From contig CAWCKH010000004.1 of assembly GCA_963796055.1 (NCBI GenBank), forward strand, positions 1,760,001-1,824,000: 64,000 nucleotides of DNA, read 5' to 3'. Below, piece by piece: positions 29,667-39,616 of this stretch. Each line of letters opens with the position of its first letter. Within the stretch, counting starts at the first letter, position 1. Under the pieces are notes generated by a model that had not been told where the DNA came from, searched no databases, and worked only from the letters and a program-made list of their open reading frames with translations. This DNA is from an uncultured delta proteobacterium. Its GTDB lineage: Bacteria > Myxococcota > Myxococcia > Myxococcales > Myxococcaceae. The position numbers were made by a program, and so were the translations under genes.

Positions 29667-30158
29667 GTGCGCCGTTCCGTCCTCGCTGCTGCCGCTGCCA
29701 CGCTCGTGCTTGCCGCCTGTCAGAGGGGCCCGCAGTACTGCATCTTCGACGGGACGCTGATCGGTGCCGCGCCGGTCCCCTTCGTGGCGATGAACCCGGA
29801 CGGTACGGTGGACGAGACGCCGAACCGGTTCAGCTGGCGCGAGTTCGTCTGGCCCACCGATCCGGCGTGGACCCACGTCCGTCCGGACCGCGGGGCGTGG
29901 CTCTTCGAGGGCACCACGGGCGGCACCCCGTGGACGTTCCGCGGGACGTTCTCGCCCGACGCGGGTGGGGCGTTCGTCCGGCTCGAGCAGACCGGTTTGC
30001 CCCCGCCGGTGCAGGTCATCGGGAGCAACGGCAAGCCCTCGCTGCTGATCTACCGGCTCCGGCCGTGCCGCGAGTTCGAGGGCAGCCGAACGGGCGTCCG
30101 GACATGCACCAAGTGGGGTACCGAGGTGAACGCTCGCACGAAGCTCACCTGCGACTGA
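29667..30158 (+). CDS. hypothetical lipoprotein
   Basis: MRRSVLAAAAATLVLAA-C lipoprotein signal. Confidence 0.65.
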   Translation: MRRSVLAAAAATLVLAACQRGPQYCIFDGTLIGAAPVPFVAMNPDGTVDETPNRFSWREFVWPTDPAWTHVRPDRGAWLFEGTTGGTPWTFRGTFSPDAGGAFVRLEQTGLPPPVQVIGSNGKPSLLIYRLRPCREFEGSRTGVRTCTKWGTEVNARTKLTCD

Positions 30159-30194
30159 CCGTCGCCCCGCGCGGACGGGGAGTCCGCCTCGAGA

Positions 30195-30343
30195 ACCGTC
30201 AGAGGTGTTTGACACCTCCCCGGGGTTACCCCGCTCGAACCGGGCTCCTGCACTTCCCTGGAAACAGGTCGGTTTTCCCCCGCGCTGCGGCCGACGCGAC
30301 GGCCCTTCCTCGTGCGTAACGAGGTGTCTGGCACCTCGAAGAG
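30195..30343. repeat. second REP-like doublet element
   Basis: accgtcagaggtgtttgacacctcc ... cgtgcgtaacgaggtgtctggcacctcgaa, between convergent genes. Confidence 0.7.
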
Positions 30344-30396
30344 TCCAGCGGTCGAGACTCGAGCCTCGGCCGCCCGGTCGCCGCCGCTGCCACGCC

Positions 30397-31909
30397 TCAG
30401 CGCCGGGTCGCGGCGGACGCCTCGAGTGGCTGCTCGATTCGGGGGCCCGTGGCGAGATCGCCCAGCGTCTCGGCGAGCACGTGCATCCCGCGCTCGAGGG
30501 AGCGGATCGGCATCTTCTCGTCCGAGTTGTGCCCGGGATAGACGCCGTCCTCGCGGAACCACATCCCGAAGGCGATGGCGTTGGTCATCCGCCGCGCGTA
30601 CGTCCCTCCGGCGCTCACCACCGGTTTGGCCGGCTGCCCGGTCGCTCGCCCGTACGCGGCCAGCAGCCGCTGCACGAGGGGCGCGTTCGACGGGACCACG
30701 AACGGCTCGTAGCCGAACTGGCCGCCGAGCTCGAAGCGACCACCGCGCGCCGCGGCGAACGCCTTCGCGTGGGCATCCACCCGGGCTTTCAGCGCCTCGC
30801 CCCAGAGCGCAGGCCCGGACCGCAGGTTCACCTGCAGCTCGAGCCGGCCGCTCACACCCCGCTTCACCAGCCCGAAGTTCGTGTCCACCGCTCCCCAGAG
30901 CGGATCGTCCATGGTCAGGCCGAGCCCCCGTCCGCGGGTGTCCGCGCCTGCCACGCGGGTGTACTCGAGAAGATCTGCGGCAGCGCTCGGGGGCAGCCGT
31001 CCGTGCACCGCCACCGCCAGCGCCACCAGCGCGTTCCGCCCCCGCACCAGCCCGACTCCCGCGTGCGCCGCCCGCCCCTTCGCGGTGAGGACGCGCTCCG
31101 GGCCCCGGCCCGAGATCTCCAGCGACGTGTCCGGGGGCAGGCGCGCCGCGCGCACCGGCGCGAGCCACCGGTCCCAGTCCGGCGCTCCCGAGCGCCAGCG
31201 CAGGGTCAGCGTCGCCCGGTCCGGGACGATGCTCACCGACGTGCCCGCCGCGAGGTCCACCACCTCCACCGGGCCCGTGGGAGGAGCGGAGTGCTCGTCC
31301 GCGGTGACGATCCACTCCGCCCACGCCTTCTCCCCGGTGACCACCGGGAAGTCGCTGTCGATCACCAGGCTCAGGTCGGGGAGCCGGTTCGCCTTCTTGT
31401 AGGTCTCGAGGTCGGATGCGCCGCCTTCCTCGTCGGTGCCGACCAGCAGCCGCACGGTGTGCGTCCGCGGCAGGCCCGAGGTCCGCAGCGCCGCCATCGC
31501 AAGCAACGCCTGCACCAGCGGCCCCTTGTCATCCGCCGAGCCACGACCCCAGATCGCGCCGTCCTTCACCGTGGCGGCGAACGGCGGGCACTGTCCATTC
31601 GGCGGCGTTCACCGGCTGCAGGTCCCCGTGCACCACCAGCCCGAGCACCGGCGCGCCCTCGGGGCCGGGGAGGTCGACCTCGGTCATCGTCTCCCGGTCG
31701 TGCACCACGAACCCCAGCTCGGGTCCGACGCGGGCGAGCCACTTCCGCTGGGCCGCGAGCGCCTGCTGGTTCCCGTGCACGGTGGGAAAGGCCATCACCT
31801 CGGAAAGGAGCGGCTCCATCCGGGGACGCCAGCGCGACTGCAGCTCGCTCCACACCGACTCTCCGGGAGTCGCGACCAGCGACAGGGCAAGGACGGCGGT
31901 GAGCATCAT
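30397..31909 (-). pseudogene. M20 metallopeptidase (PepV/Sapep-like), split by a +1 frameshift at ~31587 (or sequencing error)
   Basis: N-part ...VVHGDLQPV..EWTVP in one frame; PPFAATVKDGAIWGRGSADDKGP, GTDEE, GGTYA and HNSDE in the next. Confidence 0.8.
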
Positions 31910-32412
31910 GGGGCCTCCGGAACGGCGTAGGCGACGCGGACCCGGGTCCGCGAGGTGACCAGCACGCACCCCACCACGAACAGCGCGGCGAATGCCGTGG
32001 CGGGGTCGATGCGCTCCCCGAGCAGCAGCGCGCTCCACAGCAGCGAGCACACCGGCTGGGGGAGCTGAATCTGGCTCACCCGGGCGATCCCGGCCAGGGT
32101 GATGAGCCAGGGAAACCCGACCACCACCCCGGCCGCCACCAGGGCGATCCGCCGCCATTGGTCCCCGGTGGGCCACGGCGCCCGGCGTGCCCGGAGCACG
32201 CAGGCGGCGAGCACCCCCGCGACCAGCGCACGGCCGAAGGCAACGAAGGTGGCGTCCAGCTCGCGGACCGCGAAGCGGGTGGCGACCACCGTCCCGCTGA
32301 ACGTCAGCATGCCCAGCCAGCCGAAGAGGAGCCCGCGTCGCGTTCCCACGAGGACCCCCGCTGTAACGCCTGCCTGCCGCCTTTCGACAGCACAAGGCTG
32401 CTCTTCGCTCAC
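31906..32412 (-). pseudogene. EamA/DMT transporter with large in-frame internal deletion
   Basis: N-terminal ...GVVVGFPWL joins directly to the C-terminal [10 protein letters not shown]...LLLGE; only 168 aa. Confidence 0.6.
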
Positions 32413-32421
32413 CGGAACACA

Positions 32422-32453
32422 TCGTCAACTCCCGGTCGCTTCCAGGTTGACAA
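32422..32453 (+). promoter_or_regulatory. BirA operator upstream of the bio operon
   Basis: TCGTCAACT-N14-GGTTGACAA near-palindrome, containing TTGACA, 55 nt before bioB. Confidence 0.8.
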
Positions 32454-32508
32454 CGGCGGCCCGGCCGTCGAGCGTCACCCCGGCGGTTTGCCGGAGGAGG
32501 TGTCCACG

Positions 32509-33520
32509 GTGTCGAGCATCCCCAGCGTTCAGCCCGTGCCCGAGGTGATGGTCCGTCACGACTGGACCCTCGCCGAGGTCCGGGCCATCCACGACCTCCC
32601 GTTGCTGGAGCTGGTCTACCGTGCGCAGACGGTGCACCGGGCCACGTTCGGCGACCCCACGGTGCAGCTGTGCAGCCTGCTGTCGATCAAGACCGGCGGC
32701 TGCCCCGAGGACTGCGCCTACTGCCCGCAGTCGGCCCGTTACCAGACCGGGGTCAAGGCCGAGCGACTGATGGAGACCGGCGACGTCCTCGAGGCTGCCC
32801 GCCGGGCGCGGGCCGCCGGGGCCACCCGTTTCTGCATGGGGGCAGCCTGGCGCGAGGTGAAGGACGGTCCCCAGTTCGACCGGGTGCTGTCGATGGTGCG
32901 TGGCGTGCGTGCGCTGGGGATGGAGGCCTGCGTGACCCTGGGGATGCTCACCCCCGAGCAGGCGCGACGGCTCAAGGAGGCCGGCCTCTCCGCGTACAAC
33001 CACAACCTCGACACCAGCCCGGAGTTCTACGGGGAGATCATCTCCACCCGCGACGTACCAGGACCGTCTGCGGACCCTGGCCGCGGTGCGCGAGGCGGGC
33101 ATCTCGGTCTGCTCGGGCGGCATCCTGGGAATGGGCGAGTCGGTGGACGACCGCTGCGAGCTGCTGCGAACGCTCGCCAACCAGGAGGTGCACCCGGAAT
33201 CGGTGCCGATCAACGCGCTGGTCGCGGTGCCGGGCACCCCGCTGGAAAAGCAGACGCCCGTCTCACCGGTGGAGATGGTGCGGGCCATCGCCACCGCCCG
33301 GATTCTCATGCCCGCGGCCATGGTGCGGCTGTCCGCCGGACGGATGCAGATGAGCCAGGAGGCCCAGCTGCTGTGCATGATGGCCGGCGCCAACTCGCTC
33401 TTCTTCGGCGAGAAGCTGCTCACCACCGGCAACCCCGAGTACGCCGCAGACATGGCGCTGCTCGAGGGTGCCGGACTGCGGCCGCTCGAGCCGAACCTGG
33501 AACCGCCCGGCAGGCCGTGA
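32509..33520 (+). pseudogene. bioB: biotin synthase with +1 frameshift at ~33051 (possibly sequencing error)
   Basis: CPEDCAYC radical-SAM motif, YNHNLDTS; continues TYQDRLRTL...[10 protein letters not shown]...VPIN...[14 protein letters not shown] in another frame. Confidence 0.9.
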
Positions 33521-34689
33521 GCTCCGTCGCCGACACCTGGGCGCGGGAGGAGCTGGCGGAGCTCGGTCGCCTCGGGCTCTTCCGGACGCTCGAGCCGCTC
33601 GGCTCACCGCAGGGCCCGGTGGTCCGGATCGGGGGGCAGTCGCTGGTGAACTTCTCCTCCAACGACTACCTCGGGCTCGCGGCCGATGAGAGGGTGAAGC
33701 GGGCCTTCGTCGCCGGGCTCGAGCGCTGGGGCGTGGGCGCCGGCGCCTCGCGGCTGGTCGTCGGCGACACCGAGGCGCATCGCCGGCTGGAGGCACGTCT
33801 CGCCGCCTTCGAGGGCACCGAGGCCGCGCTGCTCTTCAACGGTGGGTACCCGGCGAATCTCGGGCTGGTGCAGGCCCTGGTCGGGCGCGGGGACCTGGTG
33901 GTCTCCGATGCCCTCAACCACGCGAGCCTCGTCGACGGGTGCCGCTTGAGCCGGGCCGAGGTGGCGGTGGTCCCCCACGCGGACGTGGACGCGGTCGCCC
34001 GGGCGCTCGCCCGCAATGGCTTCCGCCGGAAGCTGGTGGTGACCGACGCGGTGTTCTCGATGGACGGCGACTCCGCGCCGCTCGGGGCGCTGGCCGCGGT
34101 GTGCGCCCGCGCGGGGGCGGCGCTCCTGGTCGACGAGGCCCACGCGACCGGCGTGCTCGGAGCACGTGGGTCCGGCCTGTGCGAGGCCACCGGCGTCCAG
34201 CCCGACGTCCGGATGGGCACGCTGGGCAAGGCCCTCGGCGGCTTCGGGGCCTACGCGGCGACCACCCGCGCCGTCGCGGACTTCCTGGTCAACCGTGCGC
34301 GCTCGGTGGTCTTCTCCACCACCCTGCCGCCTGCGCTGTGCGAGGCGCTGGTGGTGGCCATCGACGTGCTGGAATCCGACCCGGACGTGCGTCCGCGGCT
34401 CTGGCGCAACATCCGGCGCTTCGTCGAGGGGTTACAGCAGATCGGCTTCCAGGCCGAGCCGCGGAGCGCCATCGTGCCGGTCGTCCTCGGCACTCCGGAG
34501 CGGGCGCTCCGGGCGTCGGCGTTCCTCCGCGAGCAGGGTGTCCTGGCAAAGCCCATCCGTCCCCCCACCGTTCCCGAGGGCACCAGCCGGCTCCGGTTCG
34601 CGCTCTCCGCCGCACACACGGAGGCGCAGATCGACCGCGCGCTCCAGGCACTCGAGGGGGCACGCGCGCATGGACTCGTCGCGGCATGA
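33517..34689 (+). CDS. bioF: 8-amino-7-oxononanoate synthase
   Basis: [49 protein letters not shown]. Confidence 0.96.
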   Translation: MSSVADTWAREELAELGRLGLFRTLEPLGSPQGPVVRIGGQSLVNFSSNDYLGLAADERVKRAFVAGLERWGVGAGASRLVVGDTEAHRRLEARLAAFEGTEAALLFNGGYPANLGLVQALVGRGDLVVSDALNHASLVDGCRLSRAEVAVVPHADVDAVARALARNGFRRKLVVTDAVFSMDGDSAPLGALAAVCARAGAALLVDEAHATGVLGARGSGLCEATGVQPDVRMGTLGKALGGFGAYAATTRAVADFLVNRARSVVFSTTLPPALCEALVVAIDVLESDPDVRPRLWRNIRRFVEGLQQIGFQAEPRSAIVPVVLGTPERALRASAFLREQGVLAKPIRPPTVPEGTSRLRFALSAAHTEAQIDRALQALEGARAHGLVAA

Positions 34690-36019
34690 GCGACTGCTCG
34701 AGCTGGACCGGGACCACGTCTGGCACCCGTTCACCCAGATGGCGGTCTGGCCGTCGGACGATCCGCTGATCATCGAGCGCGCCGAGGGCAACGAGCTCGT
34801 CGACGATCTGGGCCGCCGTTACCTCGACGGGGTCAGCTCGCTCTGGTGCAACGTGCACGGGCACCGGAAGCGGGAGATCGACGACGCGGTCCGCGCGCAG
34901 CTGGACCGGGTGGCGCACTCGAGCTTGCTCGGGCTGGCCTCGGTCCCCTCCATCGAGCTGGCGGAGGCCCTGGTCCGGGTCGCTCCCGAGGGCCTCACCC
35001 GGGTGTTCTACTCGGACTCGGGTAGCACCGCGGTCGAGGTCGCGCTGAAGATGGCCTACCAGTACTGGCAACAGCGCGGCCGACCGGAGAAGACGCGCTT
35101 CGCCGCGCTGACCGAGGCCTACCACGGCGACACGGTGGGCTCGGTCTCCGTCGGGGGGATGGCGCTGTTCCACGGCATCTTCCAGGACCTGCTGTTCGAC
35201 GTGGAGCGCCTTCCCAGCCCGAGCCCCTACCACTGGAGCGACGGCGGAGATCCCCTGTCCGGAGCTCTCGGCGCGGCCGAGCGCCTCCTGGAGGAGAAGG
35301 CCGCCACCCTGGCCGCGGTGGTGATCGAGCCGCTGGTGCAGGGCGCGGCGGGAATGTGGATGCACCCCCCAGGGTACCTCCGCGGAATGGCCGACCTGTG
35401 CCGGAAGCACGAGTTGCTGCTCATCTGCGACGAGGTGGCGACCGGCTTCGGCCGCACCGGGACGATGTTCGCGGTGGAGCAGGAGGGAGTCCGGCCCGAC
35501 TTTCTCTGTCTGGCGAAGGGCCTCACGGGCGGCTACCTGCCCCTGGCGGCGACGCTCACCACCCAGCGGGTCTACGAGGCGTTCCTGGGCGAGTTTGCCT
35601 CGGCACGCACCTTCTTCCACGGGCATACCTTCACCGGGAACCCGCTGGCCTGCGCTGCGGCGCTCGCCTCGCTCGGGATCTTCGAGACGGAGCGGGTGCT
35701 GGAGCGCGTCCGGCGGACGGCCGAGGTGCTGCGACCGAAGCTGGCTGCGATCGCCGAGCTCCCGCACGTGGGGGACGTCCGCCAGCGGGGCCTGATGATC
35801 GGCATCGAGCTGGTGCGCGATCGCCGGACGAAGGAGGCGTACGACTACGCCGAGCGCATCGGCCACCAGGTCTGCGTCGCGCTCCGCAGGCGCGGCATCC
35901 TGCTCCGGCCACTCGGTCCGGTGGTGGTGATGATGCCTCCGCTCTCGCTCACCGAGGCGGAGGCGGTGCGGCTCGGCGATGCGGTGCGGGAGGCGATCAT
36001 CGAGGTGACCCAGGGGTGA
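34670..36019 (+). CDS. bioA: adenosylmethionine-8-amino-7-oxononanoate aminotransferase
   Basis: [43 protein letters not shown]. Confidence 0.96.
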   Translation: MDSSRHERLLELDRDHVWHPFTQMAVWPSDDPLIIERAEGNELVDDLGRRYLDGVSSLWCNVHGHRKREIDDAVRAQLDRVAHSSLLGLASVPSIELAEALVRVAPEGLTRVFYSDSGSTAVEVALKMAYQYWQQRGRPEKTRFAALTEAYHGDTVGSVSVGGMALFHGIFQDLLFDVERLPSPSPYHWSDGGDPLSGALGAAERLLEEKAATLAAVVIEPLVQGAAGMWMHPPGYLRGMADLCRKHELLLICDEVATGFGRTGTMFAVEQEGVRPDFLCLAKGLTGGYLPLAATLTTQRVYEAFLGEFASARTFFHGHTFTGNPLACAAALASLGIFETERVLERVRRTAEVLRPKLAAIAELPHVGDVRQRGLMIGIELVRDRRTKEAYDYAERIGHQVCVALRRRGILLRPLGPVVVMMPPLSLTEAEAVRLGDAVREAIIEVTQG

Positions 36020-36744
36020 GGACCGTCGCCGCTGGAGCGCGCGGTCGAGTCCCCCGCGAGAAGCCCTTCCGGGTCTTCGTCACCGCCACCGACACCGGGG
36101 TGGGCAAGACGCAGGTCGCCGCCGCGCTGCTCTCGCTCCTCGCCGACGCGGGGCTGGGGCCTGCGCCCTTCAAGCCCTACGAGAGCGGGTGCACCCGGCT
36201 CTCGCGCCCCGCGGACGCGCTCGCGCTCCGTGCCGCCGCGCGCAGCACCGACTCGCTGGACGACGTCTGTGTCCACCGGTTCCGGGCCCCGCTCGCTCCG
36301 GGGATCGCTGCGGCGCGGATGGGGCGCACCCCGGACTTCCGGGCCGTCCTCGCCGCCTTCCGTGGCTTCGGCGATCGACCGCTGGTGGCCGAGGGCGCGG
36401 GCGGGCTCCTCGTCCCCCTCGATCGGCGACGCGACGTGGTCGACCTCATCGAGGCGCTGGGACTCCCCGCCTTGCTGGTGGCGCGGGCGGGCCTGGGAAC
36501 GCTGAACCACACCGGACTCTCGCTGCGCCTGCTCGCCTCGCGCGGCATCCCGGTGCATGGGGTGGTCCTCTCGCGTGGCTCGCCGGTGGCCGATCCCTCG
36601 GTCGCGGACAACGCGGCGTGGCTCGCGATGCGGCACCGGGTCCCGGTGGTCGGGCCAGTGCCGTACGTCGCGGATCCGGCGCGACGGCGTGAGGCCTTCC
36701 GGAGCGCGCTGCGCCCGCTGCTCGGTTCGATCGCTGCGAGGTGA
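36016..36744 (+). CDS. bioD: dethiobiotin synthase
   Basis: FVTATDTGVGKT, KPYESG, EGAGG, LGTLNHT. Confidence 0.95.
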   Translation: MRTVAAGARGRVPREKPFRVFVTATDTGVGKTQVAAALLSLLADAGLGPAPFKPYESGCTRLSRPADALALRAAARSTDSLDDVCVHRFRAPLAPGIAAARMGRTPDFRAVLAAFRGFGDRPLVAEGAGGLLVPLDRRRDVVDLIEALGLPALLVARAGLGTLNHTGLSLRLLASRGIPVHGVVLSRGSPVADPSVADNAAWLAMRHRVPVVGPVPYVADPARRREAFRSALRPLLGSIAAR

Positions 36745-36949
36745 CCGCGGTCGACGTGTGCCTTTCGTCCCCCGGTGTGCGGGTTCGCCGCGGGTCGCCG
36801 CACGTGCTCCGCGGAGGGCCGACAACACGCTCCGGAGCCGGCGCGCAAGTTCTCACCACCTCGGCGCACGGGGCTGTAGCGGCGCCTGCCCGCCCGCCGT
36901 CACCGAATTGGACGCGTCGAGTGTTCCGCGCGACAAGAAGTCTCGACAC

Positions 36950-37228
36950 ATGGGAGACGTCATCGACCTGACGCTGGTGAGCGATGCCAGGCGCTACTTC
37001 CAGAAGCTGCTCGACACCCGGGGCCTCAACTACTTCCTCCGCAAGGACGGTGGGCGGCTCTTCCAGATCGAGCAGAGCAAGGTCGAGATGATCGTCCGCA
37101 CCGCCGCCCGGAGCCGGCCGTCGCACCTGCCGCGGCCCCCGCAGCACGCGGTGGACCACTGCCGGAAGGAGATCCGCCGCGAGCTGATCCGCCGGGTGGT
37201 GGAGGCCATGCTCCAGACCGGGCTCTGA
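36950..37228 (+). CDS. hypothetical protein (92 aa)
   Basis: Strong GC3 codon bias and helical protein-like sequence; no domain recognised. Confidence 0.7.
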   Translation: MGDVIDLTLVSDARRYFQKLLDTRGLNYFLRKDGGRLFQIEQSKVEMIVRTAARSRPSHLPRPPQHAVDHCRKEIRRELIRRVVEAMLQTGL

Positions 37229-37293
37229 GCCACGGGGGCTGAGCGAGTCCGGGCCCGCCGGCCGGCGCGCTGGGGTAGGGTTCCCGGCCGCCC

Positions 37294-38472
37294 GTGTTCT
37301 CCGCCCGGACAGCCTGGGACCGCACGCAGAACCTCCTCTCCGCGCGCCTGGAGATGCTGGTGCGCCGCGGGACGCCGCCGATCGACCTCACCGCCACCAG
37401 TCCCGCCGACTGTGGGCTCGCACCGGACGAAGGGCGGCTCCGCGCGGTGCTCGCCTCGCAACCGCTGGCCGCCTACACGCCCGAGCCACTGGGGCAGCTC
37501 GTCGCCCGGAAGGCCCTGGCGCGCGACCTGACCCGCCTCGGCGCGCACCTCGAGCCGGGGCAGATCGTGCTCTCGGCGTCCACCAGCGAGGCGTATGGCT
37601 GGCTCCTCGCGCTGCTGTGCGATCCGGGGGACTCGGTGCTCGTCCCGGAGCCGAGCTACCCGCTGCTCCCGTTCCTCGCCGAGCTGTCCTCGGTGGAGCT
37701 CCGCGCCTTTCCTCTCCCGGAGGACCCCCTCGGCGCGCTGGACGTCGACGGGCTCGAGGCCATGGCCGACGAGACCACCCGGGCGGTGGTGCTGGTCAGC
37801 CCGGCGAACCCCACCGGATGGGTGCTGGGCGAGACGGACCAGGCGCGCCTGGACGCGCTCTGTGCCCGGCGCGCCTGGGGGCTCGTCGTCGACGAGGTCT
37901 TCGTGGAGTTCCCCCGGCGCGGCCGCTCGCCGAGGTCGGTCGCGGCGCGCCCGGGCGAGGCGCTCACCTTCGTGCTCCAGGGACTCTCCAAGTCCGCGGG
38001 GCTGCCCGGATGGAAGGTGGCGTGGACCACGGTGCTCGGCCCTGCGCCCGAGCGCGACGAGGCGCTCGCCCGGCTGGAGCTGATCGCCGACACCCATCTG
38101 TCCGCTGCCGCCCCCGCGCAGTGCGCGCTCCCGGATCTGCTGTCCGCTTCGCCCGCGTGGCGCTCGCGGGTCGCGCTTCGCCTGGACCAGAACACCCAGA
38201 CGCTCCAGGATGCCCGCCCGGCGGACGCTGCATGGGACGTGATGCCCTCGGCCGGAGGGTGGTCCGCGGTGGTCCGGCTGCCGCACACCGCAGAGGAGAC
38301 CGAGGTGTGTCTCGCGCTGCTGGAGGCTGGCGTCCAGGTGCAGCCTGGACACTTCTACGACTTTCCCCGGGGGCGCTGGCTGGTGCTCTCGCTGCTGCCG
38401 ACGCCGGCGCGCTTCACCGAGGGCGTCCGGCGGATGGCCCGGACGCTGGACCGCCTGTTCTCCGCTCCCTGA
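37294..38472 (+). CDS. PLP-dependent aminotransferase class I/II
   Basis: SPANPTG, VVDEVF, GLSKSAGLPGWKVAW, VQPGHFY. Confidence 0.88.
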   Translation: MFSARTAWDRTQNLLSARLEMLVRRGTPPIDLTATSPADCGLAPDEGRLRAVLASQPLAAYTPEPLGQLVARKALARDLTRLGAHLEPGQIVLSASTSEAYGWLLALLCDPGDSVLVPEPSYPLLPFLAELSSVELRAFPLPEDPLGALDVDGLEAMADETTRAVVLVSPANPTGWVLGETDQARLDALCARRAWGLVVDEVFVEFPRRGRSPRSVAARPGEALTFVLQGLSKSAGLPGWKVAWTTVLGPAPERDEALARLELIADTHLSAAAPAQCALPDLLSASPAWRSRVALRLDQNTQTLQDARPADAAWDVMPSAGGWSAVVRLPHTAEETEVCLALLEAGVQVQPGHFYDFPRGRWLVLSLLPTPARFTEGVRRMARTLDRLFSAP

Positions 38473-38481
38473 GCGGAAACA

Positions 38482-38515
38482 CGGAAGCCGCCGAGAGTTC
38501 GCCCGGCGGCCTCCG
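38482..38515. terminator. hairpin between convergent genes
   Basis: CGGAAGCCGCCG ... CGGCGGCCTCCG inverted repeat; no clear U-tract. Confidence 0.4.
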
Positions 38516-38538
38516 GAAATGCAGCGGATCGGGGCAGG

Positions 38539-38775
38539 CTACCCGTCATCCGGTTCGTGACGCGTGTGGTCCTCCGCCCGCTCCGCCGCTTCCTTGACCT
38601 TCTCGGCCACGCGGTCGAGCTTCTCCTCGGCCTTCTCCTTCAGGTTCTCCCCGGCGTTCTTCATGCTGCCCTTCGCCTGATCGAGCTTGCCCTCGCTCTC
38701 GAGCTTCTCGTCGTCGGTGGCGGCGCCGGCCACTTCCTTGAACTTCCCCTTCACCTTGTCCGTGAGTCCAGCCAT
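38539..38775 (-). CDS. CsbD family stress protein
   Basis: DKVKGKFKEVAGAATDDEKLESEGKLDQAKG; AAAGGAGA SD. Confidence 0.9.
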   Translation of the reverse strand: MAGLTDKVKGKFKEVAGAATDDEKLESEGKLDQAKGSMKNAGENLKEKAEEKLDRVAEKVKEAAERAEDHTRHEPDDG

Positions 38776-38809
38776 TCGCGTCGTCTCCTTTGTCAGGAGA
38801 CGAGCGTGA

Positions 38810-39214
38810 TCACGCCGCGGCGGGGGCGGAACCCCGGGCGGGCGAGGGAGGAAGCGCCGGGCTGGGACAGAAGGCCTTCACCACCGCCAGCATGCGCGTC
38901 AGCTCGAACGGCTTGCGGAGCACGCCCACCACGTTCGGAGATCGGGTCTCGACCGGCGGCCCGCTGAGCAGAACGACCGGGCAGGCGACCTGCACCGGGC
39001 CGGAGGCGAGAGCCTGGAGGATGGCCTCGCTCGCCCCGTCGGGCAGCCGCGCCTCGAGCACCAGCAGACAGCCCGCGCCGAGCCGGCGCAGGGTTGCCAG
39101 GGTGTCCACTTCCCGTGAGACCAGCAGCACCTGGTAGCCGGCCTCGTGGAGCACGTGGAGGAGCACTTCCCGGAGACCGGGGTCGTCCTCCGCCACCACC
39201 ACCGTTCCGCGCAC
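38810..39214 (-). CDS. atypical response regulator receiver (Asp to Glu)
   Basis: VVVAEDD, LLVLEARLPDG, PVVLLSG, LRKPF. Confidence 0.75.
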   Translation of the reverse strand: MRGTVVVAEDDPGLREVLLHVLHEAGYQVLLVSREVDTLATLRRLGAGCLLVLEARLPDGASEAILQALASGPVQVACPVVLLSGPPVETRSPNVVGVLRKPFELTRMLAVVKAFCPSPALPPSPARGSAPAAA

Positions 39215-39329
39215 GTGCCACCCGCCTTCGTTGGGCCCGTCTGAGGCGCGTCGAATGATGGGTCTGGAGATCGACCGTGTCACCGTGAGCGGATCAGCCC
39301 AGGTGCGCGCAGGTGTCGTCCGATGTCCG

Positions 39330-39527
39330 TCAGTGAGGGTGACCGTGATCCTTGCTGGGGCCGTGCCCGTGCGCGGCATCGCCGTGGCCGTGGTCCTGTT
39401 CGTGGCCCGGGTCATGCGGATGCTCGTGCGTGTGACGGTGGGTATGCGGATGGCTGTGGGTCGTGCCGTCCGCATGCGTATGTTCGTGGGTGTGCTGGTG
39501 CTCGTGTTCGTGGGTGTGCTCGGGCAT
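39330..39527 (-). CDS. histidine-rich putative metal-binding protein (24 His of 65 aa)
   Basis: HxHxH repeats; GGAGG SD before ATG. Confidence 0.7.
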   Translation of the reverse strand: MPEHTHEHEHQHTHEHTHADGTTHSHPHTHRHTHEHPHDPGHEQDHGHGDAAHGHGPSKDHGHPH

Positions 39528-39616
39528 GGCGCCTCCGAACCCGGGTCTACGGCGAGCCTGCCGGAACCGACGTCGGCCGTCGAGCGCCTGTCCCCGGTCG
39601 GCGTGACCGAGGCGCT

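Noticed and set aside
32158..34689. 843-aa apparent BioB-BioF fusion ORF
   Set aside because: Produced by the +1 frameshift in bioB; the middle is out-of-frame junk and bioF has its own GTG at 33517
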